The position numbers and the translations under genes were made by a program. This document shows positions 10,358 through 20,505 of a DNA stretch of 64,000 nt, in pieces. The notes under the pieces are model-generated. The model ran no database searches, was not told the origin of the DNA, and saw only the letters and a list, made by a program, of their open reading frames with translations. Numbering within the stretch: the first letter of the stretch is position 1; every line of letters begins with the position of its first letter. Source of the DNA: a virus; the IMG/VR virus record IMGVR_UViG_3300000547_000002, positions 15,181 through 79,180 of that record. One strand, given 5' to 3'.

Positions 10358-11501
10358 AAATCCATACATCGACTCGTGCGAAAGTTCTACATTTTCAGTA
10401 TTATTTGATTACTTTAATTGGCGCGACGATATACAATTAATACATGGGCTAATGAAATATCCTGAATGGAAGCCTAATGTAAATATCCTTAATTTTATAA
10501 AAAATCTAGAAGAGCTAAGATACAATGCCAATTGTTATTTTGTTTTTGATGCTTCTACAGAAGGATTTTCACCTTTCAAAAACTTCTTCTTTCATAACCT
10601 ATACGAATCATGTAGATTACATAATATTAAGCCTAACAAGATTATATTTGTTTCAACAAATATGAAAGATTTAACCAATATTGAAAGATATAATAAAGAA
10701 AATAGAATACAAGAAAGTATAAGAGTTTTTCCTTTCTTAAGTTTCAAAAAAATGATTCAAGATTTGATAGAGGACAATTACGGCTTTAATTTTAACAGCA
10801 ATTCTGCATTTGAATATTTCAAATCTGAATGTGACAGAAAATTTAGCGGAGATTTTGGATTAAGTTTAAGCAGAGTAAATCGATCACATAGAACTCTTGC
10901 TCATTATCTTCTACACTCTACCAACCTAGACAGACATTTTAAATTAAGTCAAGATAGAATTTCTGAAGATGACATAAGATACACTGCACAACATTATTTG
11001 CTTGATAAAAATTTTTTAAAATGGTGTTCTACTCTACCAAAGGTTGTCGACACAGAAGATTTTGAAACTAATCATGCTTTATCTATTAATAGTCATCTTC
11101 ACAATTCAACTCTATTTCAGATTGTAAATGAAACTCACGTAAAAAACTGGCAAAATACGAGTTTATTTTATTCAGAAAAAACATTTAGATCCATGGCTCA
11201 CATGCAACCGTTCCTGATATTTGGACAGCCAGGCTGTAATAGAAAATTAGAACAATTAGGTTTTAGACTTTTTAGAGAAGATTTTGATTACTCCTTTGAT
11301 GATATTCAAGACACAAAAAAACGTTACCTTGCAATAATAGATACTATTAGACAGGTAGTTAAACAACTGAACGAGATGAATAGAGACGAACAAATAAAAT
11401 GGAGATTTAGGAGAGAAGAAACACTCAAACACAATTTTGATTTAGTAATGGACATTAACTATTTTAGACAGGATTTTGAAAAACTGATAGAGGCATTATG
11501 A
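10347..11501 (+). CDS. Putative glycosyltransferase (GT10-like C-terminal motif)
   Basis: IVNETH...FYSEKTFRSM...QPFLIFG...LGFRLF...DYSFD. Confidence 0.5.
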   Translation: MIIKNPYIDSCESSTFSVLFDYFNWRDDIQLIHGLMKYPEWKPNVNILNFIKNLEELRYNANCYFVFDASTEGFSPFKNFFFHNLYESCRLHNIKPNKIIFVSTNMKDLTNIERYNKENRIQESIRVFPFLSFKKMIQDLIEDNYGFNFNSNSAFEYFKSECDRKFSGDFGLSLSRVNRSHRTLAHYLLHSTNLDRHFKLSQDRISEDDIRYTAQHYLLDKNFLKWCSTLPKVVDTEDFETNHALSINSHLHNSTLFQIVNETHVKNWQNTSLFYSEKTFRSMAHMQPFLIFGQPGCNRKLEQLGFRLFREDFDYSFDDIQDTKKRYLAIIDTIRQVVKQLNEMNRDEQIKWRFRREETLKHNFDLVMDINYFRQDFEKLIEAL

Positions 11502-12343
11502 AAAGATACAAAAGATTTTTTGCTTTCGGATGTTCTTTTACTCATTATAAATGGGCGACATGGGCGAATATTCTAGCATACGAATTAGATTGCGAATTTT
11601 TTAATTTGGGGAAAAGCGGTGCAGGGAACAGTTTTATCGCTAATCAAATTTCTCAAGCGGATGCATATTTCAATTTTACACAAGAAGATTTAGTTGTAGT
11701 AAGTTGGACTAATATCTCACGCGAGGATAGATATAGAGACACAGGATGGATCACGCCAGGTAATATTTACTCGCAACATGATTATGATGAAAACTTTGTC
11801 TCTAATTACGCAAACGATACCCATTTTGCATTGCGAGATTTTTCTTACATTCATTTTGTAAAAAACCTGTTAGAAAGTAAAACCAACTGGCATTTTTTAC
11901 AAATGTGTAACATAGTTAATGTAATTAATCAATGGGAATCAAACAGAAGATCGAACTCTGACATCAAAAATATTTCAGACTTATATACTGATTCTTTACA
12001 ACACATTGTTCCGAGTTTTTATGATGTTTTATGGAGAGGAAACATTGATAATAAATGGAAAAGTGATTGGAGAGAAATACACCCGAACTATTCTGACGGA
12101 CATCCTACACCATTAGAGCATTTGCAATATCTAGAAAGAACAATCATGCCCAACATATCAGAAAAAACAAAACAAGCTGTATATTCTTTACAAGAACAAT
12201 GGCGAGATTATATTCGAGAAGGATATAAAAACACTTCTATAGATTGCGGGCTACACGACATGCCAAACAATTGGGTAGATAAAATGCATAATTTATTTAG
12301 ACTGAGGGAAGAAAAGCCTATTCCCAGTGTGCTGTATCATTGA
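11498..12343 (+). CDS. SGNH/GDSL-like hydrolase or acyltransferase
   Basis: FGCSFT, NLGKSGAGN, DGHPTP. Confidence 0.65.
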   Translation: MKRYKRFFAFGCSFTHYKWATWANILAYELDCEFFNLGKSGAGNSFIANQISQADAYFNFTQEDLVVVSWTNISREDRYRDTGWITPGNIYSQHDYDENFVSNYANDTHFALRDFSYIHFVKNLLESKTNWHFLQMCNIVNVINQWESNRRSNSDIKNISDLYTDSLQHIVPSFYDVLWRGNIDNKWKSDWREIHPNYSDGHPTPLEHLQYLERTIMPNISEKTKQAVYSLQEQWRDYIREGYKNTSIDCGLHDMPNNWVDKMHNLFRLREEKPIPSVLYH

Positions 12344-13713
12344 CTCTGGCACAAGTCCCAAAAACTTTGCATTTCTGGAAATGTGTCAGTAAAATTTGAA
12401 TTTCTTCTTCTATCGTGCTCGGAAAACCAAGCATAAAAGTTTTTTCTTGCTACTATTAACTTATCTTCTTCATAAAAAGTAGATGCCATGTAATCAACTA
12501 CTCTTTTGAACTTTTCATACTCTAGATCTGTGAATTTAGTTCTATCACTATTGTCTTGATTGCGTTTTATAAAATCTAAATGAGAATACATATAGAGCAT
12601 GTATTCTTCTTTCGGTAGAATATTCATGTCAAATATAGTAGGTTCTTTCAAATGAGGTGTATCAAAACGAATTCTTTGCCATTGTGTTTCGTTTTTGTTC
12701 GAATTGTATCTTTCGCGCCATTCTAGTATCTTTTCTAGCAATAAATTAAAACTTGTAACGCAAAATATATTGAACGTAATCATAAATGTTACAGGCAATC
12801 CTGTATTTGAGAGATAATAGTCTAGATTACGCTCCCATAATTTGATATCTAGACCGTGACGAGCGTATTCTGCTCTTTCCCCCCAGGTATCAATTGAAGT
12901 ATATAATTTAAAACTTTTAATTGCGTTTATAGAACGCAGATAACTGATCCTTTCTACTAGACGTTCTACGAGTTTGGGTTTGACCCCAAGATTTGAGTTA
13001 ATTTCTATCTGTATATGCGGTTTCGGATCTTCCTCCAGTTTATCAAACAAATCCCATGTACTTTTATGCATCAAAGGCTCGCCGCCTGTTATTCGCAGTA
13101 TGTTAAGAGTCTTTGAAACTTCGGGCCACCATTCCCACCATGCTTTTACATATGGATTTTCTTCTTCTCTGTGATAGACTTTGAACCAATCTATGTCCTG
13201 TCTATGATCTGTAGCAGTATCATAAGGTCCATGTTCGTCAATTTCTTTCCAATACCTAGAACTTGCTTTAGGATGACAATAGCCACACTTGAAGTTACAC
13301 TCATTTGAGAAAGAAATTTCAATATACTCCGGATTTACGTTGTATTCTGCACCGCCTTGTTTTATTTCTTCCAATCTTTCTGGTGTATATATTGAAGCAG
13401 TTTTGATATGACGATCGGAAACATAGTCTTTGCCCATTGCTTCTATTTTCCAGCAGTAGGAACATCCTGCAGGCTGCTGTCCTTTCATCATAAATTCTCG
13501 TTCCTGCTTTTTTTGACGAGTATTATGAAGTGCAGATGGGTTGTTTTCAAGTTCTTCCAACGGAATAGGATGCGGAGCAGGATGATAGCAAGAGTGAGTT
13601 TCGCCTGTTTGTAGATAAATCGTGGTATGATGCCACTTTGCCATACAGAAAGTAGGAGAAATTTCTCTATCTGTATGAGGAATAATCTGTTTTATCTCTT
13701 CAAGTTCGCTCAT
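12337..13713 (-). CDS. Radical SAM protein with N-terminal twitch-like domain
   Basis: FCMAKW...HSCYH...GCSYCW, CNFKCGYC, ITGGEPL. Confidence 0.9.
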   Translation of the reverse strand: MSELEEIKQIIPHTDREISPTFCMAKWHHTTIYLQTGETHSCYHPAPHPIPLEELENNPSALHNTRQKKQEREFMMKGQQPAGCSYCWKIEAMGKDYVSDRHIKTASIYTPERLEEIKQGGAEYNVNPEYIEISFSNECNFKCGYCHPKASSRYWKEIDEHGPYDTATDHRQDIDWFKVYHREEENPYVKAWWEWWPEVSKTLNILRITGGEPLMHKSTWDLFDKLEEDPKPHIQIEINSNLGVKPKLVERLVERISYLRSINAIKSFKLYTSIDTWGERAEYARHGLDIKLWERNLDYYLSNTGLPVTFMITFNIFCVTSFNLLLEKILEWRERYNSNKNETQWQRIRFDTPHLKEPTIFDMNILPKEEYMLYMYSHLDFIKRNQDNSDRTKFTDLEYEKFKRVVDYMASTFYEEDKLIVARKNFYAWFSEHDRRRNSNFTDTFPEMQSFWDLCQSQ

Positions 13714-14612
13714 TTCTGCCTTTTAATAATTCTTGGCGTGTTTCTATAGGTTGATTTGAAGAATCTACTTCCTGCTTCGTCTAATAGTGCAATCTCAATA
13801 CCTAATTTGCTTGTAAGACCGTGTTCTAATTCGTTAACTTCTTCTATTACAGCATTTTCGTCTTTGGTTTTGTGATTGTCGTTCCAATATTCTGTAAGAT
13901 ACTCAAAATCTCTAACTTGTTTATATTCCCAGTCTGTGCAGTTTGTAAGATAACAGCCTTCTCTTGCTCCGTATATGCTCCATAAACCATTTTCTACGTC
14001 TGCTCCTACAGAACACCATATTTTAAGACGTTCTAGATTTTGCCACCATACTGTTTTAATGTCATTGACAGGGGATCCTTGGTCAAGACTCATTTTTACA
14101 CCTTCTCTAAATCCTGCTCTCCAGGCTTGAAAAGGAGATCCGTTCGTGTATGATGTGGAATAGTTGTCATTAAATTGATAATACTTGTCATCGAAACAGA
14201 ATTCTACGAGAGATCGTTCGTCTGCGTCATTTGCTGCTTCGTGAGTTTTCATATTTTGAACAAAATCTTTGTTCCATAGTTTTAAACCGCCATTTCCATA
14301 CATTAACCCATTTACATAGACTCGTCCGCACCAAGAAAAAACGTGATCGCGTGTTAATCCAAGCTCGTCAATGTCAATAACTACGTTTAGAAATGATTGA
14401 TCTACAATATTGTCCGCATCTACGGTTACAAAATAGTCTGTGTCCGAAATATCAGCACAGGCTTTGTGAGCAGCGTCAGATCCCTTTACACCGTGAACTC
14501 TTTTTGCCCACGGAATTTTTTGACATAGGTCAGCATAATTCTTTTCTGCGTTAGGTTCGTCAAAAGAAAGAAATATCACATCCTGTTCTGCTACAACTAT
14601 TTTGTTTGACAC
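13710..14612 (-). CDS. GT-A fold glycosyltransferase-like protein
   Basis: VTVDADN DxD motif; paralog of 3997-4671. Confidence 0.65.
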   Translation of the reverse strand: MSNKIVVAEQDVIFLSFDEPNAEKNYADLCQKIPWAKRVHGVKGSDAAHKACADISDTDYFVTVDADNIVDQSFLNVVIDIDELGLTRDHVFSWCGRVYVNGLMYGNGGLKLWNKDFVQNMKTHEAANDADERSLVEFCFDDKYYQFNDNYSTSYTNGSPFQAWRAGFREGVKMSLDQGSPVNDIKTVWWQNLERLKIWCSVGADVENGLWSIYGAREGCYLTNCTDWEYKQVRDFEYLTEYWNDNHKTKDENAVIEEVNELEHGLTSKLGIEIALLDEAGSRFFKSTYRNTPRIIKRQK

Positions 14613-15184
14613 TGGGTTATCCTTTGAAAGCTATATTTTTCGAACATTTTTGCTGTAAAAACGGAAATGTCCTGTATTTCTTCTTCAAATTTCATATCGA
14701 AAGGTACTACAGCATAGTTATCTCTTACTACTCGTGAAAAATCAACAGAAAGAGTTTTGTAAAGCACATTAGGATCGTGTTTTGCTGTGACGGAAAATGT
14801 AATTTCTCTGTTTAGTCGAACTCCCTGCTGTTTTAGGTTTTGATTAAGAGACTTTCCTAATAGAATCTTCCAACAGGAATTTGGTATGTCCTGTAAAACC
14901 GTTATGTCAGCGTTGTCGTCGTTGTTTTCTGGTAATTCGTATATAAAGTCATTTACAGAAGCACCATCAAACTGCATTTCATGAACATTTACAAGTGCCA
15001 GCTGTTTCTTTTTAGGATCATACTCTACTCTGTAGTTTCTTCGTCTTTCTTTTCCTTGTAGAATGCCTACAACTTCTTCTAAATCAACAGCTATATCGTG
15101 ATGATTCGCACTTGGTTTAGGAGATATTCCTATGATTTTGCCTGTGTCTTCTTCAAATCTCACATACATTATGTCTGAAGACAT
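14597..15184 (-). CDS. Hypothetical protein in the glycosyltransferase cluster
   Basis: 195-aa ORF overlapping both neighbours; no motif recognised. Confidence 0.7.
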   Translation of the reverse strand: MSSDIMYVRFEEDTGKIIGISPKPSANHHDIAVDLEEVVGILQGKERRRNYRVEYDPKKKQLALVNVHEMQFDGASVNDFIYELPENNDDNADITVLQDIPNSCWKILLGKSLNQNLKQQGVRLNREITFSVTAKHDPNVLYKTLSVDFSRVVRDNYAVVPFDMKFEEEIQDISVFTAKMFEKYSFQRITQCQTK

Positions 15185-16008
15185 TTTTCAAACTTCCTTA
15201 TCTTGTCTTCTGTTACAAAATCGTTTTCTGTATAATGAAATACACCGTTTTGATGAAAATTTCCAATTTTTAGCGTTGCTTGTTCTGTAAGATACACACC
15301 TACTTTATCCTGCCAGCGGGAAGTTGGCATTTTCCAGTTCTGTATTTGTGATTTCATATGAATAACGGAAACAATGTCGCTTGTTTGGTTGGATATTTCT
15401 GTGTCGCAATCCGTAATTTTAGCAGCAATTGCTGTAGTGATGTCCATTGACGGTTCTTTAGGGTAGAAATTCGAACAGAAATGCCCGTAAAACAATTCCC
15501 AGTTGTTAGATATTAATTCTACCCATTCAAAAAACTGTTTTGCTTTGTTGGATTTTTTAAAATAGTGCAAGCAGTTGTAGAAGTTTGGTAAATCATTAGC
15601 AGTAAATGCTTTTCTGTAATAATCAGACTCTACAAGTTCTTGTCTATACGTAAAAACTCTTGTAGGAAAATATACTTCGTAATTTTTTAATAGATTCCAA
15701 GCATAATTTAAATTTTGTAACACAAGAACATCAGAATCTATAACGATAGTTTCATCATAGGGCGTTGCGTGATAGATTTTCCATCTATTTTGAGTTTTTA
15801 ATCTGGTTTCGTCCGATTTATACCACGGAATTTCTACGATCTTATCAAAAACGTGTGTGTATTGCTGGGGGATAGTGTTATTTGTTATTATACTAACGGG
15901 TAAATCGTTGCCAGATGCCTTCAAACTTAAAGCAGCAAGGTAAGATTGCTGTATATATTCTTCTCCGTCGGCAAAAACGCAGTATCCTTTGCTATTCATA
16001 CAATACAC
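15169..16008 (-). CDS. Putative GT-A glycosyltransferase
   Basis: TPYDETIVIDSDV DxD motif; paralog of 15996-16886; true start probably 15999. Confidence 0.6.
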   Translation of the reverse strand: MYCMNSKGYCVFADGEEYIQQSYLAALSLKASGNDLPVSIITNNTIPQQYTHVFDKIVEIPWYKSDETRLKTQNRWKIYHATPYDETIVIDSDVLVLQNLNYAWNLLKNYEVYFPTRVFTYRQELVESDYYRKAFTANDLPNFYNCLHYFKKSNKAKQFFEWVELISNNWELFYGHFCSNFYPKEPSMDITTAIAAKITDCDTEISNQTSDIVSVIHMKSQIQNWKMPTSRWQDKVGVYLTEQATLKIGNFHQNGVFHYTENDFVTEDKIRKFEKCLQT

Positions 16009-16886
16009 CTATTTAAACTAAACTTGTTCATACAGTGTAAATTAGAATTTTTTAGAGATAATAGTGTGTATTCGCCTGTATATTTGGGCTTTTCAAGCAA
16101 AATTGTTAATTTTTCTCTGTCAATATCCCATAAAATGCTTTTATCTGTGATGTAATAGAGTTTTCCAGGCATTGATTTTGCAAAATCTCCTTGTTCATAG
16201 CCGTTCATAATGTGAATTGCTATAGAAAATGCATAATCATTGCGAAAATACGGGGTGTTAATCTGAAAAATTGAGCAATAATGATTCCAATTTTCCTGTA
16301 TGTGCGCTACTAAATCAAAAAATATGCGGTTTTGCTCCGTTTTTCTAAAGAAAACAGCGGTTGCCCAGTAAAAATCTACGGAAGTTTCCGAAACTCTTTC
16401 AAAAACATCGCCTCTATCCAAGTCTAAAAGATCTACACAGTCTTTATAAACAAGAAAATCGTGCGATTGCTCAAAACATTTCTTCCAAAATCCATTAGAA
16501 ATTACAACATCACTGTCTAATAGCAGTGTTTCGTCATAAGGAGATGCTCGAAAAGCAGTTGATCGTAGGTTGTTTTTCCAATCCAACTTTTTTTCTACTA
16601 GAGTTCCGTCGTAAAATTTCTTAACAGCGTGATTTTCTGACGGAGAATATACTGTGTTTTCTTTTAGATCTTTTTCTTTCCATACAACAGAAATTACTTG
16701 ATCAAAAACAGATTCGTAATCAGGATATTCGTGTTCGAGATAAGATAGGCTATCTGTAACTATTGACGTAGGAAGATCAAGATATTTGCGCACTCTCTTA
16801 GCAAGAAAATAGGCCTGTTTGATGTAATCAATCTGAGAATTATTTCTAGCATAAACAAGTATGCCTTGAGTTTTATTCATAATCAA
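15996..16886 (-). CDS. Putative GT-A glycosyltransferase
   Basis: SPYDETLLLDSDV DxD motif, FRNDYAFSIA. Confidence 0.6.
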   Translation of the reverse strand: MIMNKTQGILVYARNNSQIDYIKQAYFLAKRVRKYLDLPTSIVTDSLSYLEHEYPDYESVFDQVISVVWKEKDLKENTVYSPSENHAVKKFYDGTLVEKKLDWKNNLRSTAFRASPYDETLLLDSDVVISNGFWKKCFEQSHDFLVYKDCVDLLDLDRGDVFERVSETSVDFYWATAVFFRKTEQNRIFFDLVAHIQENWNHYCSIFQINTPYFRNDYAFSIAIHIMNGYEQGDFAKSMPGKLYYITDKSILWDIDREKLTILLEKPKYTGEYTLLSLKNSNLHCMNKFSLNRCIV

Positions 16887-17226
16887 CTAATTTTGACACT
16901 GAACGTTTTTTTAGTAGCTCTTTGTATTCTGCATGATAGGTATTAGCAGCAGAAAAATATCTATCTGTTATATCAGAAAGAAACTCATCAAGATCAGATA
17001 CCATTACGGGTGTTTCGTTGTCGTCAATTAACACAATGTCTTCGTCATTGCCTTTTTCTACAAGCATATTAACGAAAGTTAGTAACTGCTTATTGACCGT
17101 AAATTGCCCGCCGTTAAAATAATGAACAATGTTTTCTTTAAATTGCTCTCTTAACATTCTTTTTTGATTGTTCAGAGTGACCATGTAATTAGAAAATTCA
17201 AGTGCTTTTTCCAATCTTTCGTCCAT
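16873..17226 (-). CDS. Hypothetical protein
   Basis: Likely start MDERLEKAL at 17226 with AGGAG Shine-Dalgarno upstream. Confidence 0.75.
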   Translation of the reverse strand: MDERLEKALEFSNYMVTLNNQKRMLREQFKENIVHYFNGGQFTVNKQLLTFVNMLVEKGNDEDIVLIDDNETPVMVSDLDEFLSDITDRYFSAANTYHAEYKELLKKRSVSKLVDYE

Positions 17227-17249
17227 AGAGAATCTCCTGTTATTAAAGT

Positions 17250-17277
17250 AGTTTAACAGAATAATTTCATATGTCAA
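17250..17277 (-). promoter_or_regulatory. Sigma70-type promoter heading the glycosyltransferase operon
   Basis: TTGACA (17277-17272), 16-nt spacer, TG-N-TAAACT extended -10 (17255-17250), ahead of SD and ATG at 17226. Confidence 0.5.
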
Positions 17278-17280
17278 GAA

Positions 17281-19452
17281 TTATTGTGCAATTGGACCTT
17301 GAACGTTGGCTTGACCACCTTGCCAGTTTATATTTGCTTCGCCTATAATAGCAAAACCCGGTTGGCCGGGATTGTTAACATCATCATTAATACTGGACGG
17401 CGTTTTGGCATCTAGAGTTGTAGTTCCTATCTGTCCTGGCTGTCCAAAACCGCCGCCGTTTCCGCCTTGGGCACTGCCTGATGCTGTGTAAGTGTCTCCA
17501 GTTCCAGCTGGTGGATTCGCAGCTGAACCACCTTCACCGTCAGCGCCGCCTCCAGCCGGATCTACAGTAAATGTACCACTTTGAGATCCGCCTGCTCCTG
17601 GAGTAGATAGATTTGAATCACCACCGTTGTCGCCTTCTGGGGCAACACCACCGGAGGCATTCCCGACACCAGCGCCGCCGCCAGCGGAAAATATTTCTGT
17701 AGCGAAACGATTTGACAAAATAGCAGGGCCGCCGCCGCCACCGCCGCCGGAAATATTACCAAAATTAGTTACATTTGTAGGCGACAATACTTCGAATGCT
17801 AGCCCACCGTCTTGTCCGGGGCGTGTATTACTAGGTGATATAATAAATCCGCCGTCGCCGCCTCGTCCTAAAATACGTCCTGAATTGCTTAAAGATACTT
17901 GAGAACCAGACGGTAGATTGGGTATTCGAAAAGCAGGAATTGATGTGTTAGTAGAAAATATAGTTACACCGCTTGGTATAGTTACGGTACCTTGTACCCT
18001 CTGTACGGTATCCCAACCCCAATTGTCTCTAAGTTCTTCTTCTAAATCAAACTCTGCTCTAGTATTTGAAAGAAGAACATTGAAACCGGCATATTCAGAC
18101 GTTACAAATGTTGTAGGATCACTCCAAGGAGTCCAGCCTAGATTTTGTCCTTCATATCGCACTTGCCATCTATATGCTTCATTTGTTCCTCTTACGTCAT
18201 CAAACAGGTTGCTTCCAACTGTATAGGAAGTAGATGCACCAGTTTGATCTAAAAGAATAGTAGATCCGTCGCTTATCTTCTGAACGAACCATTGAGTAGC
18301 TACATGAGTATCTGATCCATTTAATACCGCAAACTCTGAACCTTGTAAAACTACGCCTGTGTTAGTATATACAATTTGGTTATTAGATGGTGATGTGTTG
18401 TTAGGTATTGCAATAAACGTTTCTGAAGCAGTTTGTATGTCAAAAGGATCTACCGTGGTAAATGAAGGTGTATCTACAACAAGAGCTCCTCCTGCTTTCA
18501 TATACGAATATGTAAAGGTAATATTGCCTTCAACAGGCTCTTGTATTCCGCCTGCAACACTTCCTGTTCCGCCTGGATCTTCTTCAGGTCCATTATCTAT
18601 CAGTGTAATTCTAAAACGCAGCGTTGATGAATTGTCTTCTCTTGCTTCTATAGTCCAAAAACTATTGCTGTAATCACCTGAATTAGCATCTTTTCTAAAT
18701 ATTGTTTGATAAGATGTTGTTAAATCATAATTTCCTAACACACCATCCGGAAAAGAAGTGCCTGCAGCGCCGCCAGTATCAACTGTACTATTATGATCAA
18801 ATCTGACAGTTCCTACATTTTCTAGCATGTCTTTCCAATTATTGTCTCTTTGTAGACTTAAATTGGTTGAGGTTGTTAGATCTAAAGAAGCATCAAAACG
18901 TATTTCTCCGCCTGCGTTAAAAAAATATCTTCTTCGATTAAAGTCTGCGAAAGAAACAGTAAATTCTGTAAAGATCTGATCGTTCCAATCTCGCTGTCTA
19001 GTGTCTGATAAAACCGTATCAATCTGCTGTTGGTTTGCGGCTATATTAAACCTATTTGTTTCTAAGGCATCAATTTCAGCATAAAAATCATTTATACCTT
19101 TAGTATTATCTTGACTTAATATTGTAACATTGCCGCTAGAATCATAAGTAATATCTGTACCAGACACGTCTGCGCCTATTATATCACCGGTAGAATAATT
19201 GTTTATTCCAATTCCTTCTCCGTTTTGGTGCGTATAAACAGCATCAAAATCGTTTAAAAGATTTTGTATCTGGTCTCGAGTTACACTACTTCCATTAGGT
19301 ATTGAAGCGTCTGTCAATGCACTTACTTGAGAACTATTAACTGCTTGTCCGTATCCTTCGTCACCAGAACCGGTTCCTAGTAATTGAGATATTCTAGATT
19401 GAAGAGTGTTGTAATCTGATGCGCTTATGGATTGGCCGGCACTTACAGTCAT
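17281..19452 (-). CDS. Virion structural protein with C-terminal gp38-like glycine-rich adhesin domain
   Basis: N-terminal ~330 aa paralogous to 19500-20504; C-terminus GRILGRGGDGG...GGLAF...NFGNISGGGGGGG matches the T-even gp38 glycine-rich pattern. Confidence 0.7.
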   Translation of the reverse strand: MTVSAGQSISASDYNTLQSRISQLLGTGSGDEGYGQAVNSSQVSALTDASIPNGSSVTRDQIQNLLNDFDAVYTHQNGEGIGINNYSTGDIIGADVSGTDITYDSSGNVTILSQDNTKGINDFYAEIDALETNRFNIAANQQQIDTVLSDTRQRDWNDQIFTEFTVSFADFNRRRYFFNAGGEIRFDASLDLTTSTNLSLQRDNNWKDMLENVGTVRFDHNSTVDTGGAAGTSFPDGVLGNYDLTTSYQTIFRKDANSGDYSNSFWTIEAREDNSSTLRFRITLIDNGPEEDPGGTGSVAGGIQEPVEGNITFTYSYMKAGGALVVDTPSFTTVDPFDIQTASETFIAIPNNTSPSNNQIVYTNTGVVLQGSEFAVLNGSDTHVATQWFVQKISDGSTILLDQTGASTSYTVGSNLFDDVRGTNEAYRWQVRYEGQNLGWTPWSDPTTFVTSEYAGFNVLLSNTRAEFDLEEELRDNWGWDTVQRVQGTVTIPSGVTIFSTNTSIPAFRIPNLPSGSQVSLSNSGRILGRGGDGGFIISPSNTRPGQDGGLAFEVLSPTNVTNFGNISGGGGGGGPAILSNRFATEIFSAGGGAGVGNASGGVAPEGDNGGDSNLSTPGAGGSQSGTFTVDPAGGGADGEGGSAANPPAGTGDTYTASGSAQGGNGGGFGQPGQIGTTTLDAKTPSSINDDVNNPGQPGFAIIGEANINWQGGQANVQGPIAQ

Positions 19453-19473
19453 ACTTAGAGTCCATGTTTGGAA

Positions 19474-19481
19474 TATTTATA
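19474..19481 (-). promoter_or_regulatory. T4-type late promoter TATAAATA
   Basis: Exact TATAAATA about 20 nt upstream of ATG 19452; a gp55-like sigma is encoded in the window. Confidence 0.7.
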
Positions 19482-19499
19482 AAAAATTTATTACAAACT

Positions 19500-20504
19500 T
19501 TATTCAAATGAGTTTATAATCGAAAAGGCAGGTATTGGGGCTATTATTTCGCCGTTTGCTCTTCTGTAACTATACTCAAATTGTAAATCTGCTGTTACAG
19601 CTTCAACAACATTTTCATCAGTAAAATCATATAGCGATACTTTAAAGTCTATTTGGTTGTTGGATCTTTCTTTAGCTTCGATTTGCCAATAGTTATCAGA
19701 ATAATCACCTGAACTTGCATTCTTCCTAAAAATTATTTTGTAGGTTGTAGTTAAATCATAATTCCCTATAATACCATCAGGAAATGTAACGCCTGTAGTT
19801 GTCGATCCTGGTTCCTGCAGTGTAGAATTATAAGAAAATCTTACTTCTCCTACATTTTCCAGCATATCTTGCCAGCCTAGATCTCTCTGTAAACTATCAC
19901 CTTCCGACGTATTAATATCTACAGAACCTTCGAATCTGATTTCTCCGCCTGTGTTAAAAAAATAACGTCTTTCATTTTCATTATTGAAAGACACTGTAAA
20001 CTCTGAAACAATCAAATTATTCCAGTTTGTATTCCTAAAATCTGTTACTGCTATATTAACTTCTTCTTGATTTGATGCTATAAGAAATCTATCTACTTCG
20101 GCAGTTGACACAAAAGAAATTAAATCATTGATACCTTTAGCGGTATCTTCATTTGTATATGAATATAAAAAATCACCAGGACTTGCAGGATTATCTGTAA
20201 CCGTTACTCCGGTTGCACTTCTGTCTGCACCAATTAAATCGTCAGATGTAAACTCGCTTATAGGAAGATTTGTGCCATTTTGATGACGATAGATTTTTTC
20301 TAGATCATTTCTTAAATTGTTAACAAATTCAACTGTAATGTTGTCCGCATCAGATTCATTAGGTTCAGAAGGTGGCTGAACTAAACTTGAACTTACAGGC
20401 TGGCCATAACCAAAATCATCAAATCCGGTTCCTAATAATTGTGCTATGCGATTTTGTAGAGTGTTAAATTGCGAGGCAAGTATAGTATTACTTCGATTTA
20501 CCAT
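19500..20504 (-). CDS. Virion structural protein (paralog of the N-terminus of 17281-19452)
   Basis: Shared NTLQxRIxQLLGTG..GYGQ, RRYFFNxGGEIRF, GNYDLTTxY motifs. Confidence 0.7.
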   Translation of the reverse strand: MVNRSNTILASQFNTLQNRIAQLLGTGFDDFGYGQPVSSSLVQPPSEPNESDADNITVEFVNNLRNDLEKIYRHQNGTNLPISEFTSDDLIGADRSATGVTVTDNPASPGDFLYSYTNEDTAKGINDLISFVSTAEVDRFLIASNQEEVNIAVTDFRNTNWNNLIVSEFTVSFNNENERRYFFNTGGEIRFEGSVDINTSEGDSLQRDLGWQDMLENVGEVRFSYNSTLQEPGSTTTGVTFPDGIIGNYDLTTTYKIIFRKNASSGDYSDNYWQIEAKERSNNQIDFKVSLYDFTDENVVEAVTADLQFEYSYRRANGEIIAPIPAFSIINSFE

Positions 20505-20505
20505 A

